This document shows, in pieces, positions 43,001 to 53,706 of a DNA stretch of 64,000 bases. The number at the start of each line of letters is the position of its first letter. The first letter of the stretch is position 1. The stretch lies in contig NC_090378.1 in NCBI RefSeq assembly GCF_036365525.1, forward strand, positions 119,893,593-119,957,592, in the 5' to 3' direction. The position numbers were made by a program, and so were the translations under genes. Below the pieces are notes generated by a model. That model made no database searches, was not told the DNA's origin, and saw only the letters and a list, made by a program, of their open reading frames with translations. The DNA comes from Heterodontus francisci (lineage: Eukaryota).

Positions 43001-46000
43001 AGACAGCACTGGGGAACGCATCCACTCCATGAGACACACACCTACAGACAGTACAGGGTAACACACCCACACTCAGAGACACTCACCTACAGACAGTATT
43101 GGGTAACACACCCACTTGCAGAGACACTCACTGACAGACAGTACTGGGTAACACATCCACACTCAGAGACACGCACCTACAGACAGTACTGGGTAACACA
43201 CCCACACTCAGAGACACACACCTACAGACAGTACTGGGGAACGCACCCACTCTCAGAGACACACACCTGCAGACAGTCCTGGGTAATACACCCACATTCA
43301 GAGACACACACCTACAGACAGTACTGGGTAACACACCCACATTCAGAGACACTCACTGACAGACAGTACTGGGTAACACATCCACACTCAGAGACACGCA
43401 CCTACAGACAGTACTGGGTAACACACCCACACTCAGAGACACACACCTACAGACAATACTGGGGAACGCACCCACTCTCAGAGACACACACCTGCAGACA
43501 GTCCTGGGTAACACACCCACACTCAGAGACACACACTGACAGACAGTACTGGGTAATACACCCACACTCAGAGACACACACCTACAGACAGTACTGGGTA
43601 ACGCACCCACATTCAGAGACACTCACCTACAGACAGTACTGGGTAATACACCCACACTCAGAGACACACACCGACAGACAGTACTGGGTGACACACCTAC
43701 ACTCAGAGACACACACCTACAGACAGTACTGGGGAACGCACCCACTCTCAGAGACACTCACCTACAGACAGTACTGGGTAACACATCCACACTCAGAGAC
43801 ACACACCTACAGACAGTACTGGGGAACGCACCCACTCTCAGAGACACACACCTGCAGACAGTCCTGGGTAACACACCCACACTCAGAGACACACACCTAC
43901 AGACAGTACTGGGTAACACACCCACACTCAGAGACACACACCTACAGACAGCACTGGGGAGCGCACCCACTCTCAGAGACACACACCTACAGACAGTACT
44001 GGGTAACACACCCACACTCAGAGACACACACCTACAGACAGTACTGGGTAACACACCCACACTCAGAGACACACACCTACAGACAGTACTGGGTAACACA
44101 CCCACACTCAGAGACACACACCTACAGACAGTACTGGGTAATACACCCACACTCAGAGACACACACCTACAGACAGTACTGGGTAATACACCCACACTCA
44201 GAGACACACACTGACAGACAGTACTGGGTAATACACCCACACTCAGAGACACACACCTACAGACAGTACTGGGGAACGCACCCACTCTCAGAGACACACA
44301 CCTACAGACAGTCCTGGGTAATACACCCACATTCAGAGACACACACCTACAGACAGTACTGGGTAACACACCCACACTCAGAGACACACACTGACAGACA
44401 GTACTGGGTAACACACCCACATTCAGAGACACTCACTGACAGACAGTACTGGGTAACACATCCACACTCAGAGACACGCACCTACAGACAGTACTGGGTA
44501 ACACACCCACACTCAGAGACACGCACCTACAGACAGTACTGGGTAACACACCCACATTCAGAGACACTCACTGACAGACAGTACTGGGTAACACATCCAC
44601 ACTCAGAGACACGCACCGACAGACAGTACTGGGTAACACATCCACACTCAGAGACACACACCTACAGACAGTAATGGGGAACGCACCCACTCTCAGAGAC
44701 ACACACTGACAGACAGTACTGGGTGATACACCCACACTCAGAGACACACACCGACAGACAGTACTGGGTGACACACCTACACTCAGAGACACACACCTAC
44801 AGACAGTACTGGGGAACGCACCCACTCTCAGAGACACACACCTGCAGACAGTCCTGGGTAACACACCCACACTCAGAGACACTCACCTACAGACAGTACT
44901 GGGTAATACACCCACATTCAGAGACACACACCTACAGACAGTACTGGGTAACACACCCACACTCAGAGACACACACCTACAGACAGCACTGGGGAACGCA
45001 TCCACTCTCTGAGACACACACCTACAGACAGTACTGGGTAACACACCCACACTCAGAGACACACACCTACAGACAGTACTGGGTAACACACCCACACTCA
45101 GAGACACTCACCTACAGACAGTACTGGGTAATACACCCACACTCAGAGACACACACCTACAGACAGTACTGGGTAACACACCCACACTCAGAGACACACA
45201 CCTACAGACAGCACTGGGGAACGCACCCACTCTCAGAGACACACACCTACAGACAGTACTGGGTAACACACCCACACTCAGAGACACACACCTACAGACA
45301 GTACTGGGTAACACACCTACACTCAGAGACACACACCTACAGACAGTACTGGGTAACACACCCACACTCAGAGACACACACCTACAGACAGTACTGGGTA
45401 ATGCACCCACACTCAGAGACACACACCTACAGACAGTACTGGGGAACGCACCCACTCTCAGAGACACACACCTGCAGACAGTCCTGGGTAACACACCCAC
45501 ACTCAGAGACACTCACCTACAGACAGTACTGGGTAATACACCCACATTCAGAGACACACACCTACAGACAGCACTGGGGAACGCACCCACTCTCAGAGAC
45601 ACACACCTGCAGACAGTCCTGGGTAATACACCCACATTCAGAGACACACACCTACAGACAGTACTGGGTAACACACCCACATTCAGAGACACTCACTGAC
45701 AGACAGTACTGGGTAACACATCCACACTCAGAGACACTCACCTACAGACAGTACTGGGTAACACACCCACACTCAGAGACACACACCTACAGACAGTACT
45801 GGGTAACACACCCACATTCAGAGACACTCACTGACAGACAGTACTGGGTAACACATCCACATTCAGAGACACTCACCTACAGACAGTACTGGGTAATACA
45901 CCCACACTCAGAGACACACACCGACAGACAGTACTGGGTGACACACCTACACTCAGAGACACACACCTACAGACAGTACTGGGGAACGCACCCACTCTCA

Positions 46001-46905
46001 GAGACACGCACCTACAGACAGTACTGGGTAACACACCCACACTCAGAGACACACACCTACAGACAGTACTGGGTAATACACCCACACTCAGAGACACACA
46101 CCTACAGACAGTACTGGGGAACGCACCCACTCTCAGAGACACACACCTGCAGACAGTCCTGGGTAACACACCCACACTCAGAGACACACACTGACAGACA
46201 GTACTGGGTAACACACCCACATTCAGAGACACTCACTGACAGACAGTACTGGGTAACACATCCACACTCAGAGACACGCACCTACAGACAGTACTGGGTA
46301 ACACACCCACACTCAGAGACACACACCTACAGACAGTACTGGGTAATACACCCACATTCAGAGACACTCACTGACAGACAGTACTGGGTAACACATCCAC
46401 ACTCAGAGACACGCACCTACAGACAGTACTGGGTAACACACCCACACTCAGAGACACACACCTACAGACAGTACTGGGTAAAACACCCACACTCAGAGAC
46501 ACACACCTACAGACAGTACTGGGTGACACACCCACACTCAGAGACACACACCTACAGACAGTACTGGGTGAGACACCCATACTCAGAGACACACACCTAC
46601 AGACAGCACTGGGTGACACACCCACACTCAGAGACACTCACCTACAGACAGTACTGGGTAACACACCCACACTCAGAGACACACACCTACAGACAGTACT
46701 GGGTAACACACCCACACTCAGAGACACACACCTACAGACAGTACTGGGTAACACACCCACACTCAGAGACACACACCTACAGACAGTACTGGGTAACACC
46801 CCCACACTCAGAGACACTCACCTACAGATAGTACTGGGTAATACCCCCACACTCAGAGACACTCACCTACAGACAGTACTGGGTAACAGTCACACCCACA
46901 CTCAG
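16097..46905. repeat. 45-bp satellite array, about 685 units, with higher-order repeat structure
   Basis: Consensus ACAGACAGTACTGGGTAACACACCCACACTCAGAGACACACACCT repeated continuously, with recurring blocks of variant units. Confidence 0.99.
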
Positions 46906-47178
46906 GGTCATGTACACAATGATACCCTGACTGCTCCTCTCTCTAAACTGAGACCTCACTTGGTTCAGTTTTGTACTGTTACCATGAGGCATTGGTTAAG
47001 GTGGGAGAAATGAACATTGTGAGTGTGGCCTCCAGCCCTGAGATTGTCCCAGGCTCATTTCAGGTATTACTCAGCAGTCAGCACAGAGTGCACAGTGCGA
47101 TCCCACCAGCTGGGGCTACACCAACACCTCCAGTGTGAAGAGTGAAGTGTGAATGCTGGGATTGTGATGATTTAATTC

Positions 47179-47376
47179 CAGCTGCTTTCAGTTTCTGTTT
47201 TTAATCTTGTAATCTCAAGGGATTTGAGATAAAACTGATCATTTTAATATGATTTACAATTGGCTATGAATCAATTCTGCTTCTGACATGTTATTGATTG
47301 ACAGGTCAACCAGCCAATCATCAGATTCACTTGCTGAAATGCAGCCAATCAGCTGACAGGAAGGTGGGACATTTCC
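47179..47376. promoter_or_regulatory. Candidate 3' enhancer motif cluster downstream of C
   Basis: E-box CAGCTG (47179-84) next to IRF/ISRE-type TTTCAGTTTC (47186-95); CCAAT boxes; E-box CAGCTG (47350-55), ETS core AGGAAG and kB-like GGGACATTTCC (47366-76), all within 200 bp of apparently unique sequence. Confidence 0.3.
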
Positions 47377-47508
47377 AAAGCACTCCCAAGACATTTACTG
47401 AATATTCTTAATGTTTATTACCTTTTACTGATTTACCTTTACAGAAAAAAGACTTGAATAAACAGCCCAGCGAGAGGTAGCTGGAGAAATTCACAGGGAG
47501 AATGGAGG

Positions 47509-47514
47509 TTTATT
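47509..47514 (-). terminator. Probable poly(A) signal of the light-chain transcript
   Basis: First AATAAA that I see on the minus strand downstream of the C stop codon (about 500 nt); a second one lies at 47419-47414. Confidence 0.5.
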
Positions 47515-47707
47515 AAAACAGTTGTGGCGATTTTCTCAATAACATGAGAATCCTGTCGCTTTAAACAGAGACTAAACTTTAAATTGTAACTGCAGAGTGA
47601 GCAGGAAGGAGGTCTGGTTTACTGAGCGGCGAATTCTGAGGTTCACATTATTTTAGCTCAGCTGACAGTCTTCAGCATCTTAGAGAGGTTTTACTTGGCA
47701 TCACGAG

Positions 47708-47854
47708 TCTACATTGTCCAATCAAACACTCCCAGGGCAGGTACAGTACGGGTTAGATACAGAGTAAAGCTCCGTCTACATTGTCCAATCAAATACTCCC
47801 AGGGCAGGTACAGTACGGGTTAGATACAGAGTAAAGCTCCCTCTACACTGTCCC
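47708..47854. repeat. 67-bp tandem repeat (about 2.2 copies) in the predicted light-chain 3' UTR
   Basis: tctacattgtccaatcaaa(c/t)actcccagggcaggtacagtacgggttagatacagagtaaagctcc(g/c), starting at 47708, 47775 and (partial) 47842. Confidence 0.9.
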
Positions 47855-48010
47855 AATTTCGAGCCTTAACCCCTGATCCTCAGAAGTGTCTCAGACCCAG
47901 TCACGAGAAGGAAGAGAGTTGAAATTCCGTGTTGAAAATTACCTTTATCCTCCCAGCTCACCCCTGTTATATTTAAAGTTGTGTCTCCTCTGCGGACTGT
48001 CTCTAACACT

Positions 48011-48339
48011 CTACACACATTCTGATCTGCTCACACTCTTACTGAGGGGAGAGGAGAGGGTCTCATGGATCAGGGCACAGGAGAAGCGGGCGTTGGACTC
48101 CCAGTCAGAGCCAGAGAGGGTCAGCAGGCTGCTGACACTGTAGGTGCTATCCGAAGCTCGCAGGTAGTTGCTGGTCTGAACCCCGGCCGAAATGGCTGCA
48201 CCGTCCTTCTTCCACTCTACCCCCACTTCATCGGGATAGAAGTGATCGGCAAGGCACACCAGGGTGGCAGTGCCCTTGGCCTTGACCTCCTCCTCCGAGG
48301 GGGGCAGCAGGGTCAGTGTGGGTTGAGACTTCTCTCGGC
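48011..48339 (-). CDS. IGKC: Immunoglobulin light-chain constant exon, kappa class (shark type III / NS4-like), intact
   Basis: A polypyrimidine tract plus AG acceptor (ttctcttctctttcag, AG at 48341-48340) precedes a phase-1 exon reading (S)REKSQPTLTLLPPSEEEVKAKGTATLVCLADHFYPDEVGVEWKKDGAAISAGVQTSNYLRASDSTYSVSSLLTLSGSDWESNARFSCALIHETLSSPLSKSVSRSECV*. Ig C1-set hallmarks are present (ATLVC, FYP, W, YSxSSxL, FSCxxxH), plus the penultimate Cys for the H-L disulfide. From memory it closely resembles shark type III/kappa light-chain C regions. Confidence 0.97.
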
Positions 48340-48372
48340 CTGAAAGAGAAGAGAAAAACTGTTAATCACTGC

Positions 48373-49685
48373 ATGTTTGTGTGCTCGGTGTATATATTTG
48401 TGTGTTGTGGGTATATGTGTTCTTTGTGCATTTTTGCATATTCTGTGTATATCTGTGTTTCCTGTGTGTATATTTGTGTGTTCTGTGTGTATATTTATGT
48501 GTTCTATATATATTTGTGTGTTCTATAAATATTTATGTATTCTGAGTATATATTTATTTGTTCTGTGTATATGTGTGTGTTCTGCATATTGTTACAAGAG
48601 ATTTATTTTTGTACTAAAATCTTAGAATTCTGTGTGTTTTTAAAAATTGAAAACAGGATTTCCAGTGGACATGGACACCTGCAACTAGCTGAAATTTTTG
48701 GATGTTGACTTTGTATACAAGAATAGGAAAAGCAAACCGTTTCAAGGAAGCCTGCCAAGGGGTTTTTGACCTCCTCAGAGCATCACTTTGAATGACAGTG
48801 GATACTCTATGTCTGGTCATGTGATTGGCTCAGGAAGGTTTACTGTCACTTCAGACCCTTTTAAAATCCAATGAGTTAGACAAAAAGCAGGCATTTGAAA
48901 TTTGGTTGCTGATCTGCCTTGAGATCAAAGTTGAAGACCAAAAAAGACCTCTCTCTGTAAAGGATACTTGCATCTCTTGAAAAGAAACCTTGTATTTGAA
49001 AGGTGGCAGATTCCGATTGCCTCCTGTCTCTGAAGAATTCCTGCATCCAGCATGGTTCCTGTTGCCTGCTGTGTTTTGGGAAATCCTGGAACCTGAAGAA
49101 AGCTTCTACTGCAATACTGCTGCTGTGAGCCCTCAGCAGACCTGTTGCTACACCCCTGCCAAAAGTCCTGTGTGACGCCTACTGTAGCCGAATTGCCCTG
49201 AACGCCGACCCATCACAGACTGTTCATCAACTTCTCCTGGAGAGACTTTGAGTGGCATCCGACTATTCAACTCTGGGACACCTCATTCAACTAAAGAACT
49301 TCATATCAAGAACGTGACAAACTGATTTATTTTATTATTCCTTCTATTCCTAAGAAACAGCTGTGACCCGTGAAGAAGTGGGACTGAATTAATATTTATT
49401 TCTTCCACCTTGGTCGGAACAATATATATTATTTTGTTCTTTGTGTATTTGTGTGCTCTTTGTGTATTTATGTGTTTCAGTGTATATTTGTATTATCTGT
49501 GCATTTTTGTGTTCTATGTCTATGCTTCTGTGTTCTCTATATATTTTTGTAAATTCTGTGTTCATATTTGTGTGTTCTGTGTGTTTATATTTCTGTGCTG
49601 TGTGTTTGTGTATTCTGTGTTTATTTGTATGTTTTGAGTCTATTTGAGTGGTCTATGTGTATATTCGTCTGTGTCTCTCTGTGGG
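48373..49685. repeat. TG/TA-rich low-complexity tract (split by the solo LTR)
   Basis: Degenerate tgtgtatatttgtgtgttc repeats at 48373-48589 and 49422-49685. Confidence 0.85.
48590..49421 (+). mobile_element. Solo LTR (832 bp) in the J-C intron
   Basis: TGTTACA…GGAACA termini with an ATAT duplication (48586-89 and 49422-25). It splits a TG/TA-rich low-complexity tract, and its 3' end resembles that of the 4165-5061 LTR (gctg.gacc.g…gggact.aattaa). Confidence 0.75.
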
Positions 49686-50794
49686 TGTTTCTACATTGGA
49701 ATTCACATTGGATAACAGACAGCTGGGTTGATGAACTCCTGTTTGTGTTTAACCATTAGAGGTGAGAACCATTAATTCTTGATTTCCTTCTGTTTTGCCT
49801 AGCTTGCTAAGTTTAGTCTAAATATAAATACATTGAATCGTTTGATGTTTAGATGGTTAAATCGTGTTGGACAGTTTTTTAAATCTGTAATGAAGGGTTA
49901 CCACAAATTCAGCACTGAAATGGTTATAGTAAGAGTGTTTGAAGACTCAGTGTCCCTTTAAGACACTGTTAACCTGACAGGAAGCTCGAACTATAGATCA
50001 GTCTATCTGGAGGAAACAGGCTCAGTGTTAACAAATCTCAGATCACACATACACATCGGGAGAACTTTCTCCGGAACACTGGAACAGACTTGTCTCAACA
50101 CACTTCAGAAATAACAACAACCAAAACAATAACTTGTATTTATATGTTCAGTGATTGCTTTTAAGAATAATGTACCTTTAAGATCTTTGTATGCTAATGA
50201 GGTGAGCACCACTATTTGAGATCTTCAACAGCCAGATCTCCACATACCTCAATAATGTTGCATCAGACAACATAAAAAGCTTCTCATTACATGGTGGCAG
50301 CTGTGGTGTATAGCGCCTTTAATCTCATTAAGCCCTTAAAACCTCTCAATGCGCTTCACAGGAGCATTATAAAACAGAAATATGACACTGAGCCACAAAT
50401 GGAGATAAAGGAGGAAAGTGAGGTAGATGATGAGCAGATGAGCTGAGCAGGGACACAGTCGTGTGATGTTACTGCGGTGGAAATAGGGGGTCTTAGTGAT
50501 GGTCGGAACATGAGGTCAGAAATATGACACCAAGGCTGTGAACAGTCTGGTTTAGTCTCAGACGGGGGAGAAGGATGGAGGGATGGAGAAGGGTTGGGTG
50601 TCAGTGTAGAAGGTTCTAGATGTCATTTAAAACCTTCCTGCCCAGCACTGGGGTGAGGTCAAGGGTGAGGCTATAATTAGTCTCAGTGCACTGGGGTCAG
50701 GCAGGGTCACTGCTCCGAATGATCCCATGACCCCTGGAAGGTGAGAGTGTGCGGACAATGGGCGAGGGTCAGGATCAGGAGCCTCCAACCTCAA

Positions 50795-51190
50795 AGAAAG
50801 ACTTGCATTTCTATAGCGCCTGTCACCACCTCAGCATATCTTCAAGTATTTTACAGCCAACTGTTCACAGTAAGATCCCAGACAGCTGAGTGATAATGAG
50901 CAGATAATCTGATTTTTAATGGTGTTGGTTGAGTGATAAACATTGTCCAGGACACCGAGGAGAATTCCCCTGCTCTTCTAATAGCGCAGTGGGATCCTTT
51001 ACATCCACCTGAGAGGGCAGACGTCAGTTTGTCTCATCTGAAAGACAGCACCTCTGACAATGCAGCACTCCCTCAATACTGCACTGCAGTGTCAGCCTGG
51101 ATTATGTGCTCCAGTCTCTGGAGTGGGACCTGAAGCCACAACATTCTGACTCAGAGGTGAGAGTGCTACCCACTGAGACAACACTAACAC
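50795..51190 (-). mobile_element. tRNA-derived SINE, probably Deu-domain (SacSINE1/AmnSINE-like); a second partial copy lies at about 51590-51795
   Basis: Minus-strand head with ctcagtgggtagcactctc…ctgagtcaga…gcttcaggtccc (A/B-box-like), then gacagcacctctgacaatgcagcactccctcaatactgcact. The tail aaagacttgcattt.tatagcgcc is shared with 51595. Confidence 0.55.
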
Positions 51191-52314
51191 CTCACAGTCG
51201 AATAGCCTGCCATTCTCAACCTCCCGGCTCACACTTGGAGGAATGAGGCCACTTGGGGAGGGTAGAGCTGTGACCCAGCCAGAAATAGTGCCTTCAGGAG
51301 AGAGATGGAGAGCAGATTGTGGGAGACCTGTAGTCTAGAGGGGTGACATTTAACCAGTCGATGGCAGGTGCTGAGCCCTTTCCCCGTAAGTATTTTGTAA
51401 GTCGATGGGGAAAGTGGGAGGGGCACTAGAGTAACACCTTTGTTGCTGCTGAAACTCTTGCTATCTGCTCAGTCATGTCTAATAAACACACAGACAAATC
51501 AGACAAACATTAGTCAGTTTTCTGTGGATTTTCTGCTGGGTTCAGCTTTAATCAACAGGGTATTGTGGGAGCTCCCGGTTAATAAAAAGAAAAGAAAGAC
51601 TTGTATTTATATCGAGTATTTCACACCTCAGGACCTCCCAAAGTCATTTACAGACAATGAAGGACTTGTTTAAAGAGCAGTCACTGTTGGAATGTCGGAA
51701 ATGTGGCAGACAATTTGTGCACAGCAAGATCCCACAAACAGCAGTGAGATAAATGAGCATTTTTAGCAATGTCGGTTCAGAGATAAATATTGGCCTGAAC
51801 TTCACCCAAAGAGAAAGCAACTGAGAGTCTCCCCAAAACCCTGGAACACTGAAGCCACTGGATTGGGAGCCCTGCTGTCACTGTTTGTCATCAGAACTTT
51901 GACAAGAGATAAGCAGGGAGTGGACAGAGCAGAGTTAAAGCTGGGGGAGGTGGGACCTCGGTATCTCACTGTGCTGGTGCTGAGATCAGTTATATCAGAG
52001 ACTGTGACAGAGACCCAGAGCTCACACTGAGACTGGCAGGAGTCTAGTGAGGGATTTCACTCCATGGAGCAGGAATGTGACCACAGTCTGCAAACGTCCA
52101 GATCTCCTCTACACACTCGGTAAAAGTTGGTTACTTATATCTTGCTGGTTAAAGGGGGAATGTAACTAAAGAAATACAGCTGGGCACCCTGTTATACACA
52201 GTGCTCTTCAATGAACCATTTCATTGACTGCAGCTCCTTCCACTATTCAGCATTTGTGTTTTAGAAAGTTTCAGTATTTAAAGGATTAATAACGGAGGAT
52301 TGAGGTTTACTTAC

Positions 52315-52349
52315 TCAGTCTGAGCTTGGTTCCTTTACCAAACGTTAAC
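52315..52349 (-). CDS. IGKJ: Immunoglobulin light-chain J gene segment (germline, unrearranged)
   Basis: The minus strand reads G TTA ACG TTT GGT AAA GGA ACC AAG CTC AGA CTG A|gtaagt = LTFGKGTKLRL, with the FGxGTKL motif and a perfect GTAAGT donor (52314-52309). The phase-1 A joins GC of the C exon to give in-frame Ser (…KLRL-S-REKSQP…). Confidence 0.96.
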
Positions 52350-52388
52350 CACACTGACAGCTTCCAGTGCAGGGGCTGTACAATATCC
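52350..52388 (+). other. 23-bp-spacer recombination signal sequence of the J segment
   Basis: It abuts the J coding end: heptamer CACACTG (52350-52356, 6/7 to CACAGTG), an exactly 23-bp spacer (52357-52379), and nonamer ACAATATCC (52380-52388, 7/9 to ACAAAAACC). J-23 is the kappa-type configuration. Confidence 0.92.
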
Positions 52389-52399
52389 TCTGCTCTCTG

Positions 52400-53496
52400 T
52401 TTCACTCACTCACTCTCACACTCTCTCTGTCTTTCACTGTCACTGTGTCTCTCTCTCTCTGTCTGTATTTGTGTGTGTGTGTGTGTGTCTCTCTTTCTCT
52501 CTCTCTGTGTTTCTTTCCCTGTGTGTGCCTCTGTGTGTGTGTCTGTCTCTCTGTCTGTATTTGTGTGTGTCTCTCTCTCTCTGTTTCCTTCTCGGTGTGT
52601 GCCTCTGTGTGTGTCTCTCTCTCTGTCTGTATTTGTGTGTGTGTGTCTCTCTGTGTTTCCTTCTCGGTGTGTGCCTCTGTGTGTGTGTGTCTCTCTGTCT
52701 GTATTTGTGTGTGTGTCTCTCTCTGTGTTTCCTTCTCGGTGTGTGCCTCTGTGTGTGTGTCTGTCTCTCCGTCTGTATTTGTGTGTGTGTCTCTCTCTGT
52801 GTTTACTTCCCGGTGTGTGCCTCTGTGTGTGTGTCTGTCTCTCCGTCTGTATTTGTGTGTGTCTCTCTCTCTGTGTTTCCTTCCCTGTGTGTGCCTCTGT
52901 GTGTGTGTCTCTCTCTGTCTGTATTTGTGTGTGTGTCTCTCTCTGTGTTTCCTTCTCGGTGTGTGCCTCTGTGTGTGTGTCTGTCTCTCCGTCTATATTT
53001 GTGTGTGTGTCTCTCTCTGTGTTTCCTTCCCTGTGTGTGCCTCTGTGTGTGTGTCTCTCTCTGTCTGTATTTGTGTGTGTGTCTCTCTCTGTGTTTCCTT
53101 CTCGGTGTGTGCCTCTGTGTGTGTGTATGTCTCTCCGTCTGTATTTGTGTGTGTGTCTCTCTCTGTGTTTCCTTCCCTGTGTGTGCCTCTGTGTGTGTGT
53201 CTCTCTCTGTCTGTATTTGTGTGTGTGTCTCTCTCTGTGTTTCCTTCTCGGTGTGTGCCTCTGTGTGTGTGTCTGTCTCTCCGTCTGTATTTGTGTGTGT
53301 GTCTCTCTCTGTGTTTCCTTCCCTGTGTGTGCCTCTGTGTGTGTGTCTCTCTCTGTCTGTATTTGTGTGTGTGTCTCTCTCTGTGTTTCCTTCTCGGTGT
53401 GTGCCTCTGTGTGTGTGTCTGTCTCTCCGTCTGTATTTGTGTGTGTCTCTCTCTGTGTTTACTTCCCGGTGTGTGCCCCTGTGTCTCTCTCTCTCT
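52400..53496. repeat. Compound (CT)n/(GT)n minisatellite with ~60-bp units, immediately upstream of the J RSS
   Basis: Repeated ctctctctgtgtttccttc(t/c)c(g/t)gtgtgtgcctctgtgtgtgtgtct…gtctgtatttgtgtgtgtgt. Confidence 0.95.
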
Positions 53497-53706
53497 TCGG
53501 GTAAGAATGGATCTGACCCAGATAAATTCAAGAACTGTAACTGAACAATGGGCTGCTTTTAAAGAAGAGATATTTCGGGCAAAACCAAGGTGTATTTCCA
53601 CGAAGGGGAAACGTGGGGCAAACAAATCCAGAGCTCCCTGGATGACAAAAGAGATGGAGGTTAAGATAAAGAAGAAAAAGTCTGCTTATGATAAATGTCA
53701 GGTGGA

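Larger units (their letters stand above)
48340..52314 (-). other. J-C intron (3975 bp)
   Basis: GT..AG boundaries with matching phase between the J and C exons. Confidence 0.9.

Noticed and set aside
16044-46831. Giant His/Thr-rich ORFs (up to 3165 aa of HPHSETHTYRQYWVT) and antisense Cys/Val-rich ORFs
   Set aside because: The unit length of 45 is divisible by 3 and the consensus has no stop in several frames. Frameshifting 43/44-bp units and stop variants (16980, 34376, 40802, 44672, 46829) occur, and some are propagated. There is no unique N- or C-terminal domain. Satellite artefact.
16097-46905. CRISPR-like array
   Set aside because: No unique spacers, no cas genes, and a vertebrate context.
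51360-52060. Intronic kappa-enhancer-like motifs (GGCAGGTG at about 51363, GGGATTTCAC at about 52051)
   Set aside because: Scattered short motifs without clustering; not supportable without conservation data.
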